Shown piece by piece: positions 13,029 through 25,900 of a stretch of 64,000 bases of DNA. The stretch comes from Podarcis gaigeae (Eukaryota), in the NCBI GenBank assembly GCA_964106915.2, contig OZ066920.1; one strand, given 5' to 3'. Numbering within the stretch: the first letter of the stretch is position 1; each line of letters starts with the position of its first letter. The notes under the pieces are model-generated. The model made no database searches, had not been told where the DNA came from, and saw only the letters and a program-made list of their open reading frames with translations. Position numbers and translations under genes: made by a program.

Positions 13029-16000
13029 TCAATATCTGTATTTGGTTGAGTAGTCCTTGGGTGATACAACAAGACCTCTACCTTTACGTGCTCCTCTATA
13101 AACTGTTTCTATGATGTCAATCATCTCTTGTTTGTCCTCCATTGCCCAGTTAATTTTGTTGTTGTTACCAGTGCCTAAATCAATCATTATATGCTTGTTT
13201 CTTTAAGAAAGGAAAGAAAAATGGGGAAGGATATTATTAATATATTATAGTTACATAGTATTTCATGTAGCCCCCATGTTCTGCAATATATACTCCTCCC
13301 TATCTCCATCTACATTTGGGCAGGATGGAGTGATTTACTTTAATGTATATTTCCTTTATACTAAAACTAGATTAGATTAATGGGGTTGTATCCAGTGCTG
13401 TACCAGTGGTATTCAACAGAAATTTGTAGTATTACAGACATCAATAAAGTTACTCTATTCTGCAGCTTATTTAGTTGCACTACATGACACAAATAAACAG
13501 ATTCAGTCAAAAATTAGAGAAAGCCTGGAAAACACTTATCAGCTGAAAATATACAAGTTATAGTATACCTGAAGAAAAACATGACTGTACAGGGATCGTA
13601 CAGTTCATACATCTTGTTGAAGTCTGGCACTTCGGTGATATCCACAAGATAAATAACAGCAAAATTTTTCACCTATGGGAGAGGAATGTGTGTTTAGAAC
13701 ATACTATGTTCTAAACATTAATTGTAAGCAAAATAGCTTCACAATACAGTGTTACCTCGGGTTACAGACGCTTCAAGTTATGTGATTTCGGGTTGCGCAC
13801 CGTGCCGGACCCGGAAGTACTGGAACGGGTTACTTCTGGGTTTCGGCAGTCACGCATGCAAAGTGCTAAATCACGCTTTGTGCATGTGCAGAAGCACCAA
13901 AACACAACCCACGCGTGTTCAGTAGTGGTGCTGCGGGTTGCTAACATGCCTCCCGCACGGATCATGTTCACAACCCAAGGTTCCACTGTATTGAAGTTTG
14001 CAGAGAAACAGGCTCACTGGGATTTGCTTCCCAAAGGATACAAGTGTTTCCAATTTTGTTTCAAAACGAAAGACACACATAACAAGAACTGAAACACAGA
14101 ATACGGTTTTATATTTTAGATATGTTCAGGTCCGATTCATTTGCACTATACCCAGTAGCGGCCAGAATTCAACGTTTGTTCTTCTGCAAGCTTTAGGAAA
14201 TCTCAAGTTGTTCAGTATTAATTTTGCACATAATCTTCATTAGTTTACAGCTCCCACCCAATGTAATAGGTCATACTGATACTGTGGCATTGATGATTGA
14301 AACAGCTTAATTTTTAAAAAAATACACTGTTCTGCAATTGCCAATGAGTTTAACACTTCAGATATATTTTACTAGCATATAAGAGATTTGGGAAGGAAGA
14401 AAAACAAGAAGGTCAGGGTTGCCAGTGTGGTGTCTGTGGGCCACAGTGTACCCACCAGTATCTCCTATAAGACCCACAAAAAGTCTCAGTAAATATCCCT
14501 TCAAAAATTCACAATACAAGAAACTTTGCTGTTTCTGCTCAGTTCCTGTTTACCTCTCCTATATTAGACACACACCTGTAAACACATCCATATTTCATTG
14601 GATGCCAGGACTGGATACAAAAAGGTTCAAAAAGGGGTGAGGGGCTGCCAGCTCTGCAGGAAAAGGGTGACATAACTGGGCTCCTGAGCCTCACGGGGGG
14701 CCACAGAAATAATGTAGTTGGTAAAGGGAGCCTGACGAGGGCCTGCTCGCCATAAGAAATAAATCAGCCTCACACCAATGATATATTGAATAGGCCTAGC
14801 CAGCAATAACTGAGCTGAACTGAGCTGAACAGAACTGATCAGGCCCCGAGCATGCTCAAACTGCTGCGGCCTAGCATTTTATTATTTCACAGAACATTGT
14901 ATCAACTCAACAGTAAAAGACAATGCCATATAAGGAAAATCACACCACTATCAGGGCAGGCTGTGTAGACCAATCACAGGCCAGCATGGGGTGTCCACGC
15001 GCTGATCATGCTCAACACAGCCTGCCCTGTCAAAAGGTCATGCTGTAGTACATTTCTACCCGTGCGCCCATTTTCCCTATAGGTAAACCAACCATATTCC
15101 CACAGGAGCCGTGGACCCAAAAAGGTTGACAACCTTTGCAACACACTAATATACACATAAACCTGTAAGAACCTATGCATAAGTATCTATTTTTAATACA
15201 GTGGAATATATGTTTCTTAAGGCACTTATAACCCTACTGCAAGACTTAGAGAATTCTGAAAATGTAAAAATATTTGACCCTTGTGTTAGTATTAAAACCC
15301 TAAAACATGATGCCAAACCCTCAATGCTCAAAGACCAGGAAATGAAAAGTCTCATTATGCCAAGGAGTTCATTTTTGATTTTGAATGCTAGAGACAGAGA
15401 GACCCCATTCCGCTTACAAAACAGTAATTTCCAAAATGGTTTTACAATCAATCCATCTCCCAGGGACTATGGGAATTGTAGCTTTGTAAGGGAATAGGGG
15501 TCTAGCAGCTCTCAGCTCCTTTGACAAACTAATTCTAAGGGTCCTTTGGGGGAATCTATGACTGTTTAAAATGGTATTTTAATGTTTAGTGATGATGGGG
15601 TCAGATATGCAGCTCATAAGAACAGAAGTAGACCAATATTCTTAAAAGCCTTTTTCTTTAGCGGCACATATTGGCAAACTTTTTGTTTTGCTGGACCTGA
15701 CAGGAAGTCACTGTTGTCCAAAACACGTATGTTAACTTTTACACCCCAGAACTGCATGGTTATATTGGAAATAATGCATAGTGTATCAGAGAAGGAGCAT
15801 AAACAGTGGAAGAACAAGCTACACTTACTGGAAATTCTAAGATAGTGACCAGCATGGAAACTGGAAACTTCAGTGCACACTGTCAACTAAATTTTCTCCC
15901 AGTGCAGAATATAACTGTAGCATAACAATAGGTTTGCATGATGGTTCTAGTGTAAATATGCAGTACAACTGATTACTCACTCTTTGTACAGCAGTGATAT

Positions 16001-18147
16001 CCGAACAGGACTTGTAAGCAAGAAGATGAGGAAGGATCACCCTCTTTAATCTGCTATTTCTGCAGAGGGAGATGTTCAAATACAAAGTTACATTGTTCTT
16101 TTTCCCCCAAGTAAAATTTAACTGCCAATATGCTTGCCAAGTTACTAGTTTTTCAACTACAGTAGATGCTTGGGTTCCGAACGTAATCCGTGCGGGATGC
16201 ACATTTGCAACCCGCAGCAGCGTGTCTGCGCACGCGTGGGTTCCGATTCAGCACTTCTGTGCGTGCGCAAAACGTGATTTAGCACTTCTGCGCATGCGCG
16301 ACTGCAGAAACCCAGAAGTAACCCATTCCAGTACTTCCGGTACTTTCTTTTATTGCTCAGAAGCAGTAATACAAGCAATTGGATTGCCTTTCAGGTTGTT
16401 TTCATAACAGTTTGAATTCTATGCTGTTATTAATAGCATATGTATAAATTTTATTATTTTCATTTTCACAAAAACTTCTGCAATGCAATTTTATATAAGG
16501 TTAGATCCAAAGGTGCCCTTCATGTGACAGAAAGAGTCCTATTTTAATTCAGCCCCCAAAACTTCTGCAACTACCTTTAGCATATTTGCTGCTTTAAAAT
16601 ATATGCTAAACCTCCCTCATCTACCACCTATCCAAGTACCAGTAAATTCTTTACAATGGTATAGAACACTGTTTTTCAAACTATGTTCCAATAATGCAGA
16701 GGTTCCTGGAAGCTTATTGGGGGCTTGAAGGCATTCTTAATATCAGCACCCAAACTGTGGAATGCCCTTCTTTCCCAGATCCAACTGGTGCTGAAACTGA
16801 TAGATTTTCAGCATCAGTTAAAAACATACCTATTTGCCCAGGTTTTTTGCTAAACTGGTATACAGTTGTGTAGCCTGCTCTCAGTGACTTATCAATCTGT
16901 TGTGATTAAGAATTTTTAGCATTTTATTTGTTTTATGAAAATGATTTCATTGTGAGTGGTGTGTTTATTTTGTATATTGTAAACCATTCTGGAATTATTT
17001 TTAATGATAAACAGGTTAGAATAGAATATTAAGATCAGCATTAGGTCTACCCTAAACTATGGATTGCAAATCCCTATCAATCTTCCTCTCTGATATAAAG
17101 CTGTGGGAAAATTAGGGTTCCATTCTATGATATAATTTCAATTAACATGATGCAATAGTCAGATCTGAAAGGCTTATCCAGGCCTTTACATGAGGTAGTT
17201 AAACCCCTAGAACTTTCTTCAATAATGCAGGAGTGCTGCAGCAGATAGGTAAAGAGCAAGCTTCCTCAAACTCGGCCCTCCAGATGTTTTTTAGGCCTAC
17301 AACTCCCATGATCCCTAGTTAGCAGGACCAGTAGTCAGGGATGATGGGAATTGTAGTCTCAAAAAACATCTGAAGGGCTGAGGTTGAGGAAGCCTGGTAA
17401 AGAGTTTTTTAGTAGAAAAGCTGATTTAGAAACAATTACTCCACAGTAAAAAAACAGTTAACAAACAAAATTAAAGGACCACAGCTGCATAAAACAAACG
17501 AATGGCAATATAACATTGAAGAAATACAAGAACTTTGCCTTGTTCTGCCTCCTTTTGTGATTCCAATTCAAATTCATTCATTGCAACCAGAAAGATTACA
17601 AGTTTAGGAAAGTCAGTAACTTTTGTATTCTGGAAAGAACCAATATAATTTTTTATTATAGCATAATATAAACTTTCCTTTGCTCCCCTCCCTTGTGTCG
17701 CTCCCACAAAATTGTGCTCCAGGGGGTTGGAAGACCCTCAGGCAGGTTTCAGGAGTGCTACAGAGGGCAGAGAGGAAGTCTTGTGATACAAGAGTCTACT
17801 CACATGACTCTGGATGTTTGCAACCTTTACTGAAAAAAAATATTTTACATAAAAACCATGCAGTTCAGTTGTTCCTTCTGAGATAAAAATGTAAATGAAA
17901 TAATTGGCATGTTTTCTCATAAGCTTATGTTCTTGGTTTAATATATAAATATGGATTAAATGGATACAATACAATATTAATAAAAATGAAATACCTTCTC
18001 AGCAATACTATATAAAACTTCATCCATTTTCATACATGTTGGATCCCAGTCATGCCCAAAACGAATGACCACCACACGGTCTTCTTCTGAAAGAATGGCC
18101 TGGTCTACTTGCCAGCCATTGTGTAAATGTGGAAGCATATACGACAT
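13029..18147 (-). CDS. TXNL4A: Thioredoxin-like protein 4A (U5 snRNP Dim1), 142 aa, 3 coding exons
   Basis: Exons 18147-17995, 13672-13569, 13200-13029 (153+104+172=429 nt) give MSYMLPHLHNGWQVDQAILSEEDRVVVIRFGHDWDPTCMKMDEVLYSIAEKVKNFAVIYLVDITEVPDFNKMYELYDPCTVMFFFRNKHIMIDLGTGNNNKINWAMEDKQEMIDIIETVYRGARKGRGLVVSPKDYSTKYRY*. GT-AG sites; non-coding exon 1 ends at 19350; poly(A) signal at 12860-12865. Confidence 0.97.
13747..13988. mobile_element. Tc1/mariner-type MITE in a TXNL4A intron
   Basis: ta-cagtgttacctcggg...ccaaggttccactg-ta; an inverted, truncated relative lies at 16160-16345. Confidence 0.75.
16160..16345. mobile_element. Truncated Tc1/mariner-type MITE (inverse of 13747-13988)
   Basis: Reverse-complement similarity to the 13747 copy (e.g. 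gaaacccagaagtaacccattccagtacttccggg). Confidence 0.7.
17257..17396. mobile_element. Palindromic hAT MITE with perfect 8-bp TSD
   Basis: ca(a/g)gcttcctcaa...ttgaggaagcctg; TSD gtaaagag on both sides; relatives at 57720 and 59283. Confidence 0.85.
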
Positions 18148-18568
18148 TTTCAAAATATGTGTAAGACCTGTGGGAGAAAACAGAACAAGACAATAATTTA
18201 CAGTTCAGGTTCACTGTGCTCAATGTTACAGGAAAAGGTTTGATTCAAGACAAAGCAATTTGTTAGATTTTGACTGGTAAATTCATGAAGTGAATTCTTG
18301 TGTAAGGCAAGCAAATTGTTATATATTTAGTTTACCCTGTTATTCCAGCCAAGGTTAAGCTACCATAGCAGACTGCATAGTCAGTGGTGCGACATAATTA
18401 GGGATGTGTTGATGGGGGAGGTCAATTATTCTGGTCCATGACAGTTGGTAATAAGTTCAGATTGTTCTCTCCAAAAGGAAGGAACAGAAGAACTTACAGG
18501 TGTCTTTGGGGTCTGGCTGGGATCAGCCAAAAGAAAAGGGCATTAAAGGTTAATGTGAAGTTCTAAAT

Positions 18569-18766
18569 CAGACATGTTCAACAGGTCGAATGCAATCTAC
18601 TGGTTGATCACTGGGTGTTCCTGATCACTGGGTGTTCCTGATCCTAGTCGATCTTTGGACCCCTAGCGATCTCTATTTTTTAAAAAAGGGTAGATCACTG
18701 CCAGTTGTGTTTTTTTTTTTTAATACTGTCAGTAGATCACAGTCTCTTGGGAGTTGGATGTGCCTG
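18569..18766. mobile_element. hAT-type MITE
   Basis: TIR cagacatgttcaac...gttggatgtgcctg; near-perfect 8-bp TSD ttctaaat/ctctaaat. Confidence 0.6.
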
Positions 18767-19099
18767 CTCTAAATGACCTGGAACCAAAAAGATAGACAGG
18801 ACTGTATGATACACCCCAAATATCAATATCATTTTTAAGAGTCCCTTAAATTGAAGGCTAAACCGTCAGTTACCCTAGGATAAGGGCATTTTCGTGTTTT
18901 GTGCCCTGATCTGTAACACCTTCCCCTGACATCGAGCCTGATCTCCTTCTAAGGTGAAGTGAATATCATATGCCCAGGCCTTTTGAAACCATTTTATCTT
19001 ACATCCTCTTAGTCAAGTCCTCTTCCCTCATGTTCCAGCTGCTCTCCTGTCTGTTCAGGTTTTGTTATATATACAATGATTGTTCTGGCACTTCCAAGA

Positions 19100-19950
19100 G
19101 CCGTTCTGCACGTTTTCAAGCCGCAGAGCAACATATAAACGCGGCCAAATAGGGTAGCGTCGTCTTTACCAGGGCTATGCCACGGGCTGTGAGATAAGAG
19201 TGGAGTAAGGAAAGCCGAGGCCGGTTTAAGGTTCCGTGGGATTCTGCAAACCCCAAGGGATGGGGAGCTTGCGGCCCTCCTAACACTGCTGAACTCCTCC
19301 GTCTCCCGACCGTTCACCCGCCCGCGGACTCCAGATAACAGCCACTCACCGAACGCAAAGGAATAACGGCTGCAACGGCTCCCCACAGTCGCCTCGAAGG
19401 ACACGTGCGCGCTCGCGACGACCGGCGGCCGCCGAACTCAGAGGCCGGGCGGGGGGCGGGGTGGGGGCGGGTAAGCGCCGCCTAATGCAGCGCTACGCTT
19501 AGCCCCGCGAGGGCAAATGAAGCCGTTTGCCCGCCTTTTGTTTCGCCACTTCCGGAGAGGTTCATTTCGCGACGGAAGTGGAACGGCTGCTCTTCAATCG
19601 ACGCCTGAGCGATGGGGACGAGTCCATTGCAAAAAGAAAGAGAGGTAAGGGGGAACCGTTCTGGTAAAACGGGTACCGGTTGCGTAGAAGAGAGTGGTTC
19701 TGACAGCTATGAAGCCCGCGTAGGCGGCTACCATAGACCTTGGGATGGCGTCAACCGTTTGGGAAAGGTTGCTCGCCGAAAGCTTGTCTAGCGGAGTTCT
19801 TGGTTTTGATGGTTTCTTCCAACCCGTAAGGAAAAGCGAATCGAGAGCTAGGATTGATTGCTCGGGTCTGGCCGCAGTTCTTGCCATTGCCCCCTCCTGC
19901 GGGCAGAGACTTGCAATTAAGATTCTTGCCAGCTTCAGACCACGTGATCC
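19100..19950. promoter_or_regulatory. Bidirectional CpG-island promoter (TXNL4A minus / reductase copy 1 plus)
   Basis: CpG-rich; divergent donors at 19349 (minus, GTGAGT) and 19645 (plus, GTAAGG); inverted ETS/GABP sites CACTTCCGG 19547-19555 and CGGAAGTG 19573-19580; E-box CACGTG near 19402; GC boxes. Confidence 0.75.
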
Positions 19951-22900
19951 TTTTGGAAGTTTATTTCTCCTAGACAGCTGTAATACATATTGTTTTTTAC
20001 ATAGATATGCATTTATTTTAGCACCATGTGTAAACTATGAAAACATGGGCTGATAATGGCTTGCCCCTGCCATATTTTTACTCTGTAGACAGGGCAAAAT
20101 AAACATAGCGTATTTTATCCAGGTTTGATACTGTAATGAATTTTTCCTTGGCTCCTAACGGATAATACATTGAGCATTTATTTTTAATTGAGAAGCTTGT
20201 AAATGCTGTTAATAAATATCTGGAAACCAAGTATAAGACTGGGATACATCCTTGTTAGAAATGTGTACGTACTAAGAAACATATGTACTGTGTGCATAGC
20301 TCACATTCAGGCAGAGCCAAGCCAGCTAAGGGGCCTTAAAAGCAAAGTTAAAGAACTGACTGTACTCGGTGCTAAACACAGTGTGTGCTGTAGGAATCAA
20401 GAAATACCCACATTGTTTAATCCATTCCCCTACTAAAACTGGTAAGTTAGTTACAGCAGAAACTGTTGTTAATCTTGGTGTAATCTTTGTTAAAAGTTTT
20501 AAACATCATTTATTTTGAGTGATTCATTTTGCTGGCTCCACAAAGGGTTTTTAGAATATAATTGCACTGTTACTATATTCAGAAATGTCTGCTTTAGTAT
20601 CAGCTAAATTTTCACAACACTAGCTTAGATTTAAATTGTTGTTTCTTGGACAGGTGTTCCCAAAACACTGTGTTTAATGTAGGATTATGCTCAGAGTTAA
20701 AGCCTTCTGCTTGGCACAGTCTGTTCAGCTGGCTGCTGCCTGGGTGAAAGTCTCCAGCACGCATTGGTCTCAGTGGGCAAAGACAAACATTACCTGTGTG
20801 CAAAGCTACAGAACTGAGCAAAACAGCACTGGGGGAGCAGCTTACCAGGCCAAGGTTAGTACCAGGAGGAAGCAAATTGCCTTGTAGACATATTCCTGTT
20901 GATGATTAAAGTGCTTATTGTGATTTTTTATGCTAATCACATAATATATATAAACCCATGTGGCTATATTGCATGTTAAGGCTTTGAGTGAGGGAATTAC
21001 TATTCTTATCTCTAGCTTGCTGAAAAACAGAGAGTTTATTCCTTAGCAGGAATCAGCTGAGGGTACTTGTACTAGGCGGCCATTAGTAGCCCCTGGACCA
21101 AATTATAGCCACCTATATTTAATTGCATCCTGGGAACGGAATGAGGTTGCTGCCAATGAAAGTGGCCTTTTGGCAAAAGTCCCTGCTGACAAAATCTGTG
21201 ATGAAATATGGGGACAGAGAGATGTAAACTGTTCCAGTGTTGCAAGACAGCTGTTCCGCCACCTCTCAGGTGGGCTCCATTGCCATTCTAAGAGAACGAG
21301 GGAAGTCTTCATGGTGAGTTGTGGCACCTCTTTTTCTAGAAAAATAGCACTGCCCACAGCCTTCCATTTGAACACATTGCTTCACACACCACAACTGATA
21401 ATTATATGGAAGGGTCCATAGTGTTACATGATGCCTTTTCACTTAAATGTATTATTCATATTAGACAGAAGTTAGTAAGCATATCATAGAAGGCAGTAAC
21501 TAATGGGGTCCCTCTTATGTGGGTTGAGGCAGAATTTGGGTGTGATGTGTATGTTTTTGTGGGGTGAGAGTTGTATATTGTGACCCAAGTTGTGCCTTGC
21601 CAAGAGGGAGGCTGAAGATGGAAGGGTTCCTTGACTCTTTAAGAAGTTTTTTTAATGTGCTGCTATGTTTTGAGGGCTTTAGGATTTTATTGTTTTATGT
21701 TCGATTATATTACATTTTGTAGTTTTTCATATTCATTGTTTCTTGTATATACATATTGTATTTATTATTTTCAAGACCACAAGGTTACTGCCTTAATATT
21801 ATTAAGCAATATTTAAATACTGTATAGGAAACAATAATTTACTACGTTTTTTTCCTGATAAATCATCCAAAGTAGTGTATGCTGTCCTTCTCTTAGGATG
21901 AACAAAATTAGTTGATGTTGGTGTTTCTATTAAAAGATAAGCAGCTAAATCTTGTGAAGTTTTTTTGTCCTATAACTGGCTGTAGCTGATTTCTTTGTAC
22001 AGAAGCTGACACAGTCAGAATCAAAACTGATAAAAGGCTAATTTGATCAGCATGAAGCATTCTCAGACATTTTTAGAGAGGAACCCATTCCGCTCCAGCA
22101 ACTAAGCATTTCCTCTGCATCTTACATGTTGAATGTAGCTTTATCATTACACTGTAGTGTCTTATTGCCACAACTGGGCAAGAAAATATGCATGTAGAAA
22201 GTCATCATCTGTTGCAATTAAATCCTGTTGTAAATTAAATCCTCCTGGGTATATTCTTTTTCTTATATATAAAATCTTTATAAATGTCTAAACACCACAA
22301 AATGCCATAGTAGTGTACAACAATATTAAAACAAAGGAAATAGAAACAAATAAAGCAGATCTCCAAAGAGAAATCCGATACTGCCTGTGAGTCAGCTTGT
22401 CCTCCTGGGAACGCTTTTAGAAATAGATGTTTTAAGCACCCAACCAAACGTAATTATTGTCAGAGACTATCTAACTGTTAATACAGAATAATGCAGAATT
22501 CTGAGACTCCAGTTTACATCCTTGGATATTTTCCAGTGGCTTTATGAAAGCCTAGTTTTCTGTTTAACATTTCTCATCATCCCCTTTTTTCAGGGTATGG
22601 GAGAAAAAGAACTGCCTGGCGTTTTGATCTGTGACATAGGAGGTGCATTTGGTGTGCTGGAGAGCCATGTGGAGTTCCTTAAGAAACACTTCAATCTCAT
22701 CACCCTGAGAGAGTTTCACAGAAACAAGGACGAACTTCGTGAAAAGATCAAGTCCATTTTTGTATTTGAGTGCAGACCTCTCATTGACCGGGAACTTCTT
22801 GAAAGCTTGCCCAGCCTAAAGGTGGTAGCAAACTCAGGGGTAGGAGTGAATCATTTGGACTTGAAACTGATTTCGAGCTTTGGAGTAAAAGTCACCAACA

Positions 22901-25900
22901 CCCCACATGCTGTTTCTGACTCCACAGCAGACATAGGCATGGCCTTAATGCTGGCATCTGCAAGAAGACTAGTGGAAGGTAAAGTCATTTTCTTTTGCAG
23001 TTTGTGTAAGTTGCTGTGGACACATTTCAGATTTTGTGGGACATAACTTGCACTAATATGTTAAGATTTTGAGCTTACCACTCCCAGTATCAATCAGTCC
23101 TTAGATCAGCTGATCAATAGTTATATGATAATGCCCATGATATAGTGATAAATAATAATACAGGTATTTGCTCCCTTTTCCAGCTATTCAGGTACCAAAT
23201 AGAAATTAACTTTTAAACTGAAAATTATGGAGTACTGTACTCCAAATTTTGGCTTGCTTCTAGTTTGTAACTGAAATTGAGTCAGAGCCAATATCCATTT
23301 AGCTCAACATTTTATGGGTTGAAGATCTTCAAACTCTTGAACAGATGTTTCTCTATTCCTTCCATACAAGATCCCTTAATTAGATTTAACAGTGATGGAT
23401 TCTGCTACCTTCTTCCTTAAATTTATTCCCACCTATATTTTTATGTGCTGCTTATTGTACAAATTCTAAGTAGAAATATGCCTTACAGGGACTCCCATTT
23501 AGAGCTGTCTTCTGATTTCCAATAACTATTGTAAATGGTGCAGGCGCGTTTTCTAATTTCTGAAATAAAGCTGTTGTAAGTACTAACACTCTTGTTTCTC
23601 ATTCTCTGCTGCGTGGCTTCTGCTTTTGTTTTTTAGGTTGTCATATTGCAACATCTCCAGATACCACACATTTTGCGGTTGACTGGCTGGGAGTAGAAGT
23701 TACCCGGGCCACACTTGGTATCATTGGGATGGGCAGCATTGGGTATAAAGTAGCCAAGAGAGCAAAAGCTTTTGACATGAACATCCTTTATCACAACAGG
23801 AACCGTAGGTATATCTTTGATGAAGGTGTTGTACAGTGCAGCCCATGCAAAATTAACATGGGAGTAAGTCTCATGGATCTCAGTGGGGCTTACTCCTGAG
23901 TAGACATGTACAGGACCTCAGCCTTAGTTATTTAACTTGCAATGTATTGGTAATCTAGGTTTCTATGTTTGTTGGAAGCAGTTGCTCGAAACTACCAATC
24001 TCTGCACCATGTTACAGTGTCAGTCTGTGTGTAGTCATGGAGGCTAAGGGTCTGAGAGAGACAAAAACAATTCCTCCATCACTTGAGACTATTTTCATCT
24101 CTACCATTAAGGTGAAAAAGTCGCTGTATGGTGGGGTTGCCATATTTCAAGAGGTAAAAGTCTGTACACAAAAGGTTGTTGGGCTTCCTTAGGGCAATCA
24201 ACCAACAGCCCCTCTGCCACTGTTGAGCCTGAGCTGGCCACACCAGAGCCCAGGTTGCCAGAGCCACCCCCACACAAAAGAACCTTCACCAAAATCCAGG
24301 ACATTTGCTTTAAAATGTAAAATCACACACACACAAACCCCCGGATGGGCATGTAGGACCCCAAAAAGAGGACATGTCTGGGAATTCCTGGACATTTGGC
24401 AAACCTACGTGTATGGTGATTCTTCTTGCTAATATTTGAACACTGAAATGGAAAGCAAGTGATTTTTAAAAACATGGTGATTTTCAGACTTACAATATGG
24501 TAAAACAAACACACACCCACACCTGCCTGTTCAGAATTAATATATAAATCAGGGTTTATTAGAATTTTGTCTTGAATCTGTTTTTGCAGCATGCACAGAG
24601 CGACACATACAAAATAAGGGTAATTCTGCTTATCTCCAGTACTGGCAATCAACACCTAAATCAGGGTACACAAGAAGGTGCACTTGAAGACTAGAAGATC
24701 TTTTCAAAGGATAGTAATCATTTTTTTAAGAAAATCACTGCTAGCCAGAAACACATGCAGGCTCCCATGTTCCTCAAGTTTTCAGATTCTCATGATCAGC
24801 CAGCATCCTTTAGCAATGCCCTTTGGCTGCCTTGAAAGGCAAGCGTGTAGCACCATGCAAAGAGCAAAAACTGATGTTCACATGGATGCTGCATTGAATA
24901 GGGAGGGATGCAGTGGACTTTAAATGTTGCCTTTTGACCTAAAATTTGGCTACCCATAGGAAAGAATCCACAATGAGGGCAGCTCCAGGGACGAGAGTTA
25001 CTATTACAGTGGTACCTCAGGTTACATACGCTTCAAGTTACAGACTCCGCTAACCCAGAAATAGTGCTTAAAGTTAAGAACATTGCTTCAGGATGAGAAC
25101 AGAAATCATGCTCCGGCGGCGTGGCAGCAGCGGGAGGCCCCATTAGCTGAAGTGGTGCTTCAGGTTAAGAACAGTTTCAGGTTAAGTACGGACCTCCGGA
25201 ATGAATTAAGTACTTAACCTGAGGTACCACTGTATAAGTGACAATTGTCATGTTTATTTCCTTCCAGGAAAGAGGAAGAAGAACAGGCAGTTGGTGCCAC
25301 TTATTGCAGAAACATAGAAGACTTGCTCCAAGAGTCTGACTTTGTGATGCTGGTTGTGAATCTGACACCTGAGACACACAAGCTCATTGGGAAAAGAGAG
25401 CTGCAGCTGATGAAACCCACGGCTACTCTCATCAACATCTGCAGAGGTAGGGGATGTGTGACTACCTAAATGTAAACTTCAGCTATGTACATTCTTCAAA
25501 TACCTATTTTTGCATATATTCTATCCTTTTCTCTGTATTCTTTTGTGTGAAAGGTGATACATTTCACCAGCACTAACAAACGGTGAGGCCAGCAACCAGT
25601 TTTCAGTGTCAAGAATCAATATGGATTATTTTGAAACCAGTAGTATTGGGAGTGGGATCAGGAGTATGGTACACAAGAAAAAGAAGGGGAAATTCAGTGG
25701 TAAAGATACATACATTGGGTACATTGGATTTGGCACAGCTGTGGGTTTCATTACACCCTAATCCAGATGTAGAAGGAAGGAAGGATGGAAGAGCAATATC
25801 ACATGAAGTGGCTTTATTGGTGAACTTTAACAGGTTTGCTGCAAAGGAAATGGATTAAGGACTGGATTCATAAGCCTTTTTACTATTTTGGGTCAATCAA

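Noticed and set aside
14410-14897. Possible solo LTR in a TXNL4A intron
   Set aside because: One TG-like end but no convincing second terminus or TSD found by eye
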